From contig NC_043011.1 in NCBI RefSeq assembly GCF_006345805.1, forward strand, positions 57,114,464 to 57,178,463: 64,000 nt of DNA, written 5' to 3'. Source of the stretch: Octopus sinensis (lineage: Eukaryota). Shown one piece after another: positions 47,793 through 60,600 of this stretch (positions are counted from its first letter, which is position 1; every line of letters begins with the position of its first letter). The notes beneath the pieces were generated by a model. It worked only from the letters and a program-made list of their open reading frames with translations, was not told the origin of the DNA and ran no database searches. Made by a program: the position numbers and the translations under genes.

Positions 47793-50700
47793 GGTGGCGA
47801 GCTAACAGAATCCTTATTGTGCTGGCCAAAATGGTTGGCTGCATTTGTCTGTCTTTACATTCTGATTTCAAATTCAGCCAAGGTCAACTTTGCCTTTCAT
47901 CCTTTCAAGGTTGATAAAATAAACTGATAGAATTGTTATCACGCTGGGCAAAATGCTTAGTGGTATTTTGTCTGTTGCTTTGTTCTGAATTCAAATTCCA
48001 CTGAGGTTGACTTTGCCTTTCATCCTTTCAGGGGGTCAATAAATTAAGTACCAGTAAAACACTGGGGTTGATGTAATCGACTAGTCCCCCTCCCTAGAAT
48101 TTCAGGCTTTGTGCCTTTAGTAGAAAGTATTTGTGTTATTTTTCATTTCGTTTCAAAGTTTCCTGTCTTCAGACCCTAAATGTAATTTTCTAATTTTTAT
48201 GTATGTCATTTACTTAATTAAACTAAATTTCACAGTATTTGACCTTTTGTTTGTATGAAGTTTTAAAAACTGTTTGAAATCTCAATAAATTGAATTTCAT
48301 TATTTAAACAATCATATTATGTTAGGTTAGTTTTCTTTTGTTTGTTTTAAATGGTAACAATCAAAGCTGGAATTTGTTGTGCCATTCACATATTCTAATT
48401 AAAATTTTTTTCTAATTCTGTAATGTTGTAAATATCACAAACCCACTTTCATTGAAGCATCTACATTTGAATCAAATCATTTTGAAGTTTATTGATCACT
48501 GTAATTATTTCTAGATAAGCTAATGCCTTTACACAGTTGCTTTAGCTGCTAGAAATAGCGGCAAATCTCCCTCAAACCACACCATAGCATCTTTAAAAAG
48601 TAGGAGGGCATGTTGAATAATGTGGTTTTGATAACAAGAAGGGATGATGATGATCATCATCATCATCGTTTAACGTCCGTTTTCCATGCTAGCACAGGTT
48701 GGACGGTTCGACCGGGGTCTGGGAAGCCAGGCAGCTACACCAGGCTCCAGTCTGATCTGGCAGTGTTTCTGCAGCTGGATACCCTTCCTAACGCCAACCA
48801 CTCCGTGAGTGTAGTGGGTGCTTTTTATGTGCCACCGGCACAGGTGCCAGGGCAAGCTGGCAGCGGCCATGATCGGTTGATGCTTTTTACGTGCCACTGG
48901 CACAGAAGCCAGTCAGGCCACATTCGGATGGTGCTTTTTACGTGCCACCGGCACAAGTATCACCACAATTGGAAAGCGCTTTGATCATATGTCTGACCAC
49001 TGTGCTGGACGACAACTCCTTTTAATTTTGTTTATGCATTATACTTATGTACATACATACGTATGCATGCATGCTGGTGTTACATAAGAACACACCTGTG
49101 CTGGTGCCACATGAAAATCTCCCATGTTGGTACCACATAAAATGCATCCAGTATACTCTGTAAAGTGGTGGGCATAAGGAAGGGCATCCAGCTGTAGAAG
49201 CCATGCCACAAGAAACAACTGGAGCCTGGTGCAACTTGCCTGTTTGCCAGACTGGTCAAACCACCCAACCCATGCCAGCATGGAAAACAGACACTAGATG
49301 ATGATGATGATGATGATGATGATATATATTGACGGTGCATATAGATATAAAGAGAAATGGTTAATGAATAAATCTTATTGAACTGCTCGTCTAGTCATAT
49401 TGACTCGTTGGCAGCTTAATTAATTCAGCATAGTTTGAATAGTTTTTGTCAATATCCATAGACTGTCTTTGTTGGAAATTGTCCTTCATAATATTTTAAT
49501 GCTACTTGGGTGGTTGTCTGTTGGCTGGAATAGAATGCACTGGGCTAAATGTTTGTAGTTGTTGTGTTGAGAGAAGAAATATAACAAGAGTAGTCAGGAG
49601 ATGAAACAAACAGATAGGAGTGACTGCCACCACTGACTCTGTTTAGCCAGTTTTTATCAGAGACCACTATTATAATCAGGGTAGAGCCATATCTTCAGTT
49701 ATTAGTACACTGTACAACCATTCACTGTATGGTGGTGATGGTGGTTCTATGTGGTCATTGAACCTGTTACAAACAGCAGCCAGATCTCTCTTTAATTCTA
49801 ATTTTGGTACAAGGCCAGTTATTTTGAGGAGACAGGGAGGAAGTCAATTAGGTTGACACCAGTGCTTTCAGCTGGTGCTTATTTTATCAAACCCCAAAAG
49901 GATGATTGGCAAAAGTTAACCTCAGCCACATTTGAACTCAGAATGTTAAAAACTAGAAGAAAAGTACCATGGCATTTTTTTCTGGCACTGTAATGAGTCT
50001 ACCAGCTCACTGCACTTTGTCATAACTCTTTTGGTACCAACTCCTCTAACACCCTGAAACTACCCCTGATTCTCTGAAACAAACTTCCTGTTTTAGAGTG
50101 ATCAAAATTAAAATTTTCCAAAGAACCATTTATTTTTCTTTGTATTTTACAACTATTAATCTGTCCCTCTCAATCTTGTTTTACCCTCCCCTATCATCCT
50201 GCCTAGAACTTTTACTCACTCATTTTCTTTCAATTAAAAGGGCCGCTTTAGGAAATTAATCTTGCAAGTTGATTCCACTAGTGCTGGTGCCATGAGGAAA
50301 TAAAAAGTAGCCACTACATTTTATATAGTGCTCAGAACCAGAAAGAGCATCGAGCTATAGAAACTGTGCTGAAGCAGACGTTAGAGCCCAACGCTGTTCT
50401 CTGACTTGTCCTCTGCTGTTGATCTGTCCACCTCTTGCCAGCATGGTAGATGGGTGTTAAAATGACCACAAGGACTTTTCACTGATGTATATTGGTGAAA
50501 CATAAATGCACACACATGTGCCCCCCCCCCCACACATGTGCACCCCCCACACACACAAATACATGCACACGCACATGTATGATGGCCTTTTGCACAGTTT
50601 CTGTCTATTATATTCCATGCAGGCGGCGAGCTGGCAGACACGTTAGCGCACTGGGTGAAATGCTTAGCGGTATTTTGTCTGTCGTTACGTTCTGAGTTCA

Positions 50701-52570
50701 AATTCCACCGAGGTCGACTTTGCCTTTCATCCTTTCGGGGTCGATAAATAAAGTACCAGTTTCGCACTGGGGTTGATGTAATCGACTTAATCCCTTTACC
50801 TGTCCTTATTTGTCCCCTCTATGTTTAGCCCCTTGTAGGCAATAAAGAAATATATATTCCATGCAGTAAAGCATCAACCAAACTTTGGTTATAGAAGTTG
50901 TCACTTGCCCAAAGTACCATGTTATGCAATTGAACTGGGAAGCATGGGATTTGAAGCAAGTTCCTTAACCTCACATCCCTGCCTGGTGAAAATGCAATTT
51001 CAGTGATGCAACGGATTGACTTGCTGCACTCGACTCTCACAGTGCACATCTTTCACTGCTTTACATTGGTAGGAAACAATGTGTGGTGTCATGCAGGTAC
51101 ATACCTATTTCTTTACTACCCACAAGGGGCTACACACAGAGGGGACAAACAAAGACAGACAAACGGATCAAGTCGATTATATCGACCCCGAAAGGATGAA
51201 AGGCAAAGTCGACCTCAGCGGAATATGAACTCAGAACGTAAAGACGGACGAAATACTGCAAAGCATTTCGCCCAGGGTGCTAACGTTTCTGCCAGCTCGC
51301 TGCTTTTGCAGGTACATACCTGTATTACATATAGATATGTAATACATGTTATACATCTGTGTGGTTAAGAAGTTTGCTTCTAAACCACATGGTTTCAGAT
51401 TCAGTCAGTCCCTGTGCTTGGCATCTTGAACAAGTTTTTTAACAGCTCCAGGCTGACTGAAGTCTTCTGAGTGGATTTGGAAGATAGAAATTGAAGAAGC
51501 CTATTGTGTGTGTGTGTCGGTTGGTTGGTCGTTGTGTGATAGTTGTAAATGAGTGTTGCTGCCATGCATACAGTGTCATCCAGTATTCTATAAAAACATG
51601 TCTGGCTTTGGGAAAATATTACTTTGCTTAGAAACAGGTGAGGGTTGGCGACAAGAAGGGGTCTGGCCATAGAAAATCTGCTTCAATAAAAAAAATCCAT
51701 CTGACCCGTGCAAGCATAGGAAAAGGGGGGTGGGGTCATGGAAATAAAGACGATGATGATATACATACATATAAAAGCAAATGCATGCAACAGCTTTCCA
51801 AGTAGTTCCCATACATGAAATCCCACTCTCAGATTGTTGCTATGGTGGGACATGCTATCCAGACAATCTCGGTAGAAACTACTGAGATTAAAGACCAGTG
51901 CTTTCTAGATGTTTAAAGCTCACACTGTTCAACCTTTGAATTGTTACTGGGCTTTTTTTTTTTTTTTTTTTTAAATTTCAATTTAGCTTTTAAATTATAG
52001 CCTTTGTGTTGCATCCAACACCTGGACCGTACAACAATTGTCTCCTTGTGAAGTTACAACAGAAATAAAACACCTGTCATGTGAAATATTCACATATATG
52101 AATATATACATGCAGGCACACATAAGACATTTTAGACAGAGGCATTTTAGACTAAAAAACAAAATAACAGTGTTGTCAGATTTCAAGATGACACAAAATG
52201 ATTGAGAGAGAGAGAGATGATGGTGGTGGTGATTGGAGAAGGGCGGGCAGGCTACGCTGTAGAACCTGTCTAACTAAATCTTGCCAACCTGAGAGTGGGA
52301 TAGGAACAATGATAATGTTGACTGCCCCTGAACAAAATACACAATGATAAGAGTGCAGTTGTTAGTACAGGATTACTGGCTTGAAAACCTTAGGAGTTTA
52401 AATTCTAACACCAACCTTCTCTCCTTCCTGTGTTATTGTCTTTTTAGCTCTAAAGGCTGTGAAGTTGATAACAATAAAAAACAAAAGTGTCAAGGAGGAG
52501 AAAGTGAAGCAAAGAATAAGTTAGAAGAAAAGGCATTAATACAGCAGATTGTGTTGCTTGCTTTGTAGTA

Positions 52571-52955
52571 CAGTAATCCGTCACCAAATTGCAGTTCACT
52601 TATTGCGGTTTATTATTTAAGCTTACGTCAATTCCTCCGTGGTGTTGTTTTGCATCTATAATAAAATAAATATATATCATCATCATCGTTTAATGTCTGT
52701 TTTCCATGCTAGCATGGGCTGGACGGTTTGACCGGGATCTGGGAAGCCAGAAGGCTGCACCAGGCTCTAGTCTGATCTGGCAGTGTTTCTACAGCTGGAT
52801 GCCCTTCCTAACGAGGATACCCTTCCTAACGAGATGCCCTTTATACAAATTATAAAAATAATATACAGTACAGTACTGTTTCTACTTTGTGGATTTTCAC
52901 CTATTGCGGTGGGGTTTTGGACTGTAACACCCCCACAATAGTTGAGGGATTATTG
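52571..52955. mobile_element. pogo/Tigger-like MITE split by a family A insertion (52678-52843)
   Basis: Both halves match the reverse complement of 14875-15095; TATA is duplicated around the inserted A element. Confidence 0.82.
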
Positions 52956-54339
52956 TATTTCTTCCAACTCCTTTATATTCTGAGTTCAAATTTCGCCAAG
53001 GTTGACTTTGCCGTTCATCCTTCTGGGATCAACGAAATAGGTTCTAGCTGAGCATTTGGGTTGATGTAATTAATTAGCGCCTTCCCATAAAATATCATTG
53101 TCTTCATCAATGACCTACCTTGTGAACTGAATGTGTTGACAGAAAACAAGCTTGTCTGGTGTGTGTGTGTCCAGAGCTGGATGTGGTGATGTCATTTCTC
53201 TTGTCACCAAATACTGTTGGTTGTTTACCTTCAAAGATGTGCAAAATAAGAGATCCTTTACTTGAACAACAGGTAAGGGTTAGCAACAGGAAAGGTATCC
53301 AGCTGTAAAACCCTATAATCATCTAACCATTACGAACATGGACAAAACAAACACAAGAATGAATGAATTTACAATTTCTTGCAGTGATTCTATGTTACAA
53401 GACTGTCTTGCCACCCTTTCCTCCTTTCAGTAACAAAACAATGAGACATCTGTTAATTGCACAGTGCTCCTTCTGTCTGCAACAGTGGACTTAATACTCT
53501 CTCATGGTATACAAGTGGAAAGAAGAAAAATTAGTATATCGTTGATAGTAGCACTTGATACTATGACAAGGTAGGACTGAATAGTAAGCCTGACCCCATC
53601 AGCTCTGTTTCATTTAGATCTGTGGTGTGATAAGTCTGTTGAGTAAGATATTTTCAAATATGTCCATCCTGTCTTTGTGTGATATGACAGCGTCTCAATA
53701 TTTATGACTAAGATGGCAAGCTAGCAGAATTGTTAACATCTCAGACAAAACACTTAATGGCATTTCTTCCTACTCCTTAAGTTCTGGGTTTGAATTCTAC
53801 CAAGGTGAACTTTGTCATTCATGCTTTCAAGGTTGATAAAGTACGTACCACTTGGGCATTGATGTCAATATAATTGGCTCCCACCACAATGACTGACCTT
53901 GTGCCAAAATTAGAAATATTTAAGACTAGAAGCATGCTTTGTTGAGAGAGAGATTTCAGCACTGACAGATTTTTATCTGCTTCTAGTTGCTGATATTCAT
54001 TGAATGGTCTCCAGCTCTTCCTTGCCTTTCTCTATTCTGGTTACCATTTCAGAATTTACTTAATTCTTACTTTACAATCATCTCATGTTCTTGACATTTG
54101 AGCTGCTGTCCTTATCGCAAACAATATAATATTACTTTTTCTTTTTTTTTATCTCTGCTTAAGTTAATCTCATTTATTAGGCAAAAATTTGTTTAATTCT
54201 CTCTGCTTGGAGAATATCTGCATAAATTATGCTTTCATCTTGAAATGACCTGATCTTTTTTTTTCATATATATGTTAAAGCCCATCTTTGTGGGTTTTGT
54301 GCTGTTTTAGATTCAGACAGCATTCCTCACACCTTTTTG

Positions 54340-54372
<33 letters not shown>

Positions 54373-54377
<5 letters not shown>

Positions 54378-54560
54378 ACCTCGTGAGCACCGCCAGCAAT
54401 TTTTTTTCCTCTGTCTTTCCTTCTCCTTTGTTTCCGACGAAGAGGTCCGCTCGAAACGTTAAACCCTCCTTCTTCCCTTCTTTCCTGAGCATCCAATAAT
54501 ACTTTATTTGTTCCACGTCCTCGCGTTGCTGTGTTTTTTTGTGTTTTCTTGTTTGGATTA

Positions 54561-54563
<3 letters not shown>
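54373..54563 (+). mobile_element. Penelope-like element terminal remnant inside a (TA)n tract
   Basis: Contains ccgacgaagaggtccgctcgaaacgtt, matching the C.GA.GAAG...CGAAAC pattern typical of PLE terminal repeats. Pyrimidine-rich, CpG-retaining, with (TA)n on both sides. Confidence 0.65.
54430..54464 (+). ncRNA. Minimal type-I hammerhead-ribozyme-like motif (U4C variant)
   Basis: GUUU-CCGACGA-A-GAG(GUCCG)CUC-GAAAC-GUU|AAAC: helix I of 4 bp, helix II of 3 bp and a loopless palindromic helix III. Activity is untested. Confidence 0.5.
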
Positions 54564-54605
<42 letters not shown>

Positions 54606-57600
54606 CTTCACTGTCTTTAGGAAATCTATTTTTCTTCATGATGTGGTGAAGGAATTCATTTTCCAACCATGTGATTTCAGGGTCAGTCCCACTGTGTAGC
54701 ACCTTGAGCAATTACCTTATGTCACGCAAAACCTTATGGGTGGTTTTGGTTGACGGAAACTGAAAGAAAGCTCATTGTGTATATCTGTATGTGTTTGTGT
54801 GTGTCTGAGTGAGCTGATATTGCCCTCATTTAATATGCGTTTACTCACTGATTGTAAACAGTGGCTTTGCTAACAGTGTTGTTTCCTTGCAGTCCACCAC
54901 AAAAACATGTCTGGGCTTTTTGATATGTTGCATGATCTTTGTAAACAAAAAGTTCATTTATACGGTGTAATTTGTTTCCAGTTCTCCATATAAACATATC
55001 TGGGCTGTTTATGTTTGATAGACAGGGAGATTATTGCCGCACTTGGAAACAAATGGGGATTGATGACTAGGAGGGCGTCCTACCATGGGAGGCTGTCACC
55101 CAACAAGCACTCATTTGAGTCAACGCAAGCATGGAAAAGTAAATGTTAAAACAGTGATGATGTGTTGGAGTGTAACCTGTCATGTGGGTCAGCTAATGTT
55201 AGAGATGTACTTGGGTCACTGCAACTAACATCAGGTGATATTGCATAGGTATGATAACGACAATGTTACTATTTTTCAAATTTTATAGTAGTTTTACAAA
55301 ATAATGGAATAAATAATAATTTTGAAGATAAAAGGGTTTTTTTTAAATTTGTAATGTAATTAAAACAAAATTCTCATTTGTATATTTACAATAAATATAC
55401 ATTCTCAATAACAATATTATTGTTTAACAAGGCAGCGAGCTGGCAGAATCGTTAGCACGCTGGGTGAAATGCTTAGCGGTATTTCGTCTGTCTTTTATGT
55501 TCTGAGTTCAAATTTCGCCAAGTTTGACTTTGCCTTTCATCCTTTCGGGATCAATAAAGTACCAGTTGCGTACTGGAGTTGATCTAATCTACTGGCTCCT
55601 TCCCCCAAAATTTCGGGCCTTGTGTCAAGAGTAGAAAAGAATATTACTGTTTAGCTATCAATTAAGGACATGTTACATTACCTCATACTACCAACATTGG
55701 CAACAGTATGTCTCAACACAACCTGTTGTATGACAGGTAATACTAGTTACCAAGGGAGGTAAATGCCTTGAGTTATCTCCCATTGAGGGATGGACAAACA
55801 GAGAACACTGCCAATTATATTGATAGGTGTTTGTGCGAATATTTTTTTTATCATTTGAGCTGTTATTTCACCTCAAGACAGTCTTAGCTGCTATTACCAA
55901 CAAGTTAAGTAACCGTGTTGTGCTTTTACATTAACTTGTGAGAACAGTTGATTTTTATAATTAAAGTTGTGAGGGTTAACATAGCTACTATAATCGCCCT
56001 ACAGATTTTTTATTAACTCTTTAAGACCTGTATGTCAAGACACCACAACTGTTTCAATTGAGCCACGTGTAACCACAGTTCAAATTGGGGTCAGAAAATG
56101 GAAACTAGGCATTCTTCTGTGTGAGAAACAAAATTTGGTCTTGTTTCAATAAGTACTTCCTCTTTACACCTCTTGCATTCATTTTTTTTCTTTTGTTTAT
56201 TGAATGTTTTGGATTTTTTTTTTGTCTGTTTCTGGGGATAATTCAGGCAGTGAGTTAGAATTTGGTGATATATTCTTTTTTTGGTGTTAGTCATTGGACA
56301 GTGGCCATTGTGGGGCACCGCCTTGAAGGGTTTAATCAAAGAAATTGACCCCAGTGCTATTTAAAAAAAAAATTAAATCTGGTACTTATTCCATTGGTGC
56401 TTTTTTATTGAACTGCTAAGCTGTGGGATTTAAACAAACCTACACCGGCTGTCAAGCTGTAGTGGGGGTGGGGTGGGGACAATTATGCATGTGCACCCGT
56501 ACAAACTACATTGAGTTTTAAATTTTAATGAAGGAATTATTTTAGTAAAACTTGTCAGCACAACCTTTTAAACAAAAGTTATTTTAATATTTGCTACAAT
56601 TTGAGTAATTGTTAAAAGGGCACCATTCGAGCGTGATCGTTACCAACGTTGCTTCACTGGCACCTGTGCTGGTGGCACGTGTAAAATGATTCGAGCGAGG
56701 TCATTGCCAGTACCGCCTGACTGGCCCCCATGCTGGTGGCACATAAAAAGCACCCACTACACTCTCAGAGTGGTTAGTGTTAGGAAAGGCATCCAGCTGT
56801 AGAAACTCTGCCAGATCAAGATTGGAGCCTGGTGCAGCCATCTGGTTCGCCAGTCCTCAGTCAAAATCGTCCAACCCATGCTAGCATGGAAAGCGGATGT
56901 TAAACGATGATGATGATGATGTTGATACGAGTGATGTTACTGCGATCAGCCGTTGGCATACTGTTCAATATGTGTCAATGTGCTTCAGTGCTCATCTGGC
57001 TTATTTCCTTTGAAGAAATCAATGGAAAATGTTGGCAATATTGATAATTAATTTTATTTACAAAGAAATCACGTTTAAGCACCATTTCAACATATTTTTC
57101 TCTTTCATATCATTTGTTATGGAATGAAAGGAATAAAAAAAAAAAAAATTGCTTTCATTCATTCTTTGAGTTTTGAACAAGAACACTAATGGTTTCAATA
57201 TATGTTAATATCTGCTACAAGTCTGGTGCCATTGTAGATTTTGTCACTGCCAAGAACAAATCTGTTTTGCAAAAGACAAAACAATCTCTTTTAAGTGTTA
57301 TTACTTTATTATTGCAATAATAATACTTTATTATTATTATTATTTTATTTAACCATAAAATTAATTCTAAATTACTTGGAATTGTCAGTTTTGTTCAGTT
57401 CTTTTACATTTCGAAACAAAAATTAAAAGAAAATACGTAGAAGAAAAATAAAAACCTGGGCTTCCCCTGCATCTGAACAGTTCTGGATTAATTTCCTGAA
57501 TGGTAGCAATTCCTCTTAACCAAAACTCAATTCTTCGGTTGCTTTAATTTATCGATCAATAGAATCTTTAACCTTCAAGGAAACAATTTCCAATACTGTG

Positions 57601-60600
57601 ATTCTGATGGTGATGGTTAGGATTAGGATTCCTAAGCAGTGCTAAAACGAGCCTCTACCATAGTGACAGTAGGCACTTTATCCGTTTTTCCATGCTGGTA
57701 TGGGTTGGATGGTTTGACTGGAGCTGATAAGCTGGAGAGCTGCACCAGGCTTCAGATGTCTGGTGTGGCATGGATTTTAGAGCTGGATGCCCTTCCTAAT
57801 GTCAACCACTTTGCAGTCTGTAATGGGGGCTTTTGTATGTGGCACCGGCACAGGTGCCTTTTATGTGGTACCGGCACAGGTGCTTTATACATGCCACAGG
57901 CATGGGTGCTTTTCATGTGGCACCAATATGTGTGGATACACACCATATATTTTATATATATGTGTGTGTGTGTGTATTTCATAACCAAGAGAAAAAGTAC
58001 TCAGTACATGTGAAGTATATGAATTATAGAGATGTAGGCATGGGTTTATGGTTAAGAAGCTCAGTTTGTGACTATGTGGTTTCAGGTTCTGTCCCACTCT
58101 GTGGTACCTTGCAAGCCTTCTATAGCCCTTGGTTAACCAAAACACAAAACACTGTGAGTAGGTCTGCTAAGATGGAGACTGAAAGAAACTTGCTAACCTT
58201 GTGAGTAGATCTGCTAAGATGGAGACTGAAAGAAGCCTGTTTATTGTGTGTGTGTGTCCCTTTGTTTTGACATCACGTGATGGCTAAAAATGAGCACCAC
58301 TTTTATACAGGTGATGTAGTTTGTTTCTAGCCTCCCATGTAAAAGATTTTGGGCCTTGAGGGAACATTAATCTACTTGGAAACCTTGAGGGTTGGTGACA
58401 GGAAGGGCACCCAGAAGTAGAAGCATCTTCCTCAGTGAATTCTGCTTGACTCATGCCTGAAAAAGAGAATGCTAAAGGTTGATGATGATGATATATATGG
58501 TATATATGGGGGGTGTGTATTATATATCACCGTGACCGACCAGGCTATCAGATGTTGTTACACATCGCTGGTCACAATGCGCTTCGCATTGTTTTAGCCT
58601 TCAAATGACACCACCCCACTGGCTAAGTGAGCAGGCCAACAGAAGAAAGAGTGAGAGAAAGTTGTGGCGAAAGAGTACAGCAGGGATCACCATCACCCCC
58701 TGCTGGAGCCTCGTAGAGTTTTAGGTGTTTTCGCTCAATAAACACTCACAACGCCTGGTCTGGGAATTGAAACCGCGATCCTACGACCGTGAGTCCGCTG
58801 CCCTAACCACTAGGCCATTACGCCTCCACGTATTATATAATATATATATATATGTGTGTGTATGCACATGTTTAAAGTTGCTGTTCATGATACATGTTGA
58901 GTTAGCAGACTTGTTCTCTTCACTTCAGTAGTTCAGAGAGAAGTCGTCCTGTTGTGTGCAGCGTGTGTGAAAATGGTTGCTCTGTTACAAGAAGAAAAAA
59001 AAAAAAAAGGAATTGATTTGAATCTCGCTGCTGCTGGAAATACTTCAGCCTCTCATCGTAGCTGTTCAATTACTGACTACTATGGAGTTTTCTTTTCAAT
59101 ATATCTACCACAACTATAATCACTTTTGTCATATCGTTGCTCTACATATTTCAATAAATTCAGGGTTGAATTCATTTATCTCTTATTCTCTTTAATCAAT
59201 ATCTCATGGTTTTTAACTTTCTCATAAAATTTACGCAAACTGCAATTCAATTAGCGATCTTTCAGTACTGTTTTCTCCAGCGCTCCCTGAAAGAGAATCC
59301 ATTATATAACAGAATATATGAGTTTTGTTGTTTTTTTTTAATAAAAAAGGGGCAAGTTTTATCTCCTGTCTATAACTTAAAAAGCTTGGTTTGAAATCAC
59401 ATGATTTCTGGTTCGGGCCCACTGCATGGCACCTTGGGCAAATGTTTTCTTCTGTAACCTTGGGCTGATCAATGTTTTGTGAGTGGACTTGGTAGATGGA
59501 AACTGTGTGGAAGCTTATTGTTTGTGTGTGTATATATATTTATATATATATATATATGTATATATAGGAGCAGGAGTGGCTGTGTGGTAAGTAGCTTGCT
59601 TACCAACCACATGGTGCCGGGTTCAGTCCCACTGCATGGCACCTTAGGCAAGTGTCTTCTATTATAACCTCAGGTCAACCAAAGCCTTGTGAGCAGATTG
59701 AAGCCCATTGTATATATGTATGTGTGTGTGTGTCTGTATTTGTTCCCCCACCATCATGTGACAACCGATGATGGTGTGTTTACGTCCCCTGTAACTTAGT
59801 GGATTGGCAACAGAGACTGATAGAATAAGTACTAGGCTTATAAAGAATAAGTCCTGGGGTCGATTTATTCGACTAAAGGCGGTACTCCAGCATGGCCACT
59901 GTCAAATGACTGAAACAAATAAAAGGATATATGTATTGGTGTAAGGAAGGGAATCCAACCGTAGAAACCCTGCCAAATCAGATTGGAACCCAATTATTTT
60001 TGTTCTAAAATAGTGGGAGAAGTATTTGTAATAATAAATTGAACCAGAAAAGATGGCACTGTGTGGGGACTAGAATGTCAAAGAATAGATCCAACGTTTC
60101 CTCTGCATGGTATAAGAAGATGGCTAAAAGAGGTTGAAGTAGGATTTGCACTCTGACCTTTGAAAACCCTCACCAGCAATCAGTGACTACCCCAAAGCAG
60201 ACCCATGGGTTGGAGGTTTGTCATCTGCCCAGAGTGGGCAACCAACAACAAATGGTGGATGAAGCCTCCATGCTGTTACTGCTACTACTCATCGTCATCA
60301 ATGTCCACTTTGGCATACTTGCATGGATCAGATTGAGTTTATTGAGGCAGATTTGCCTGATGTCCTTTCTGTCACCAATCCTCACTGGTTTCCAAGTCAG
60401 GTAATGTTTCAAAGAAGATTGGAAATGAACAGCACTCATTTTACAACTCATTTTACCTGGTGTCAAGACAAGAACACACACACACACACATGCACACATT
60501 GTGGGCTTCTCTCAGTTTCCATCTATGAAATCCCTTCTATAGCCAGAAGACACATGCAAGAGGCCAAACAGTTGGATTGAACCTGACACCACATGATTGA

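Noticed and set aside
52344-52568. Purine-rich ORF after a good acceptor as MMS19 exon 2
   Set aside because: It has no similarity to MMS19, the phase-1 frame stops, and the true 49-nt exon is at 63753.
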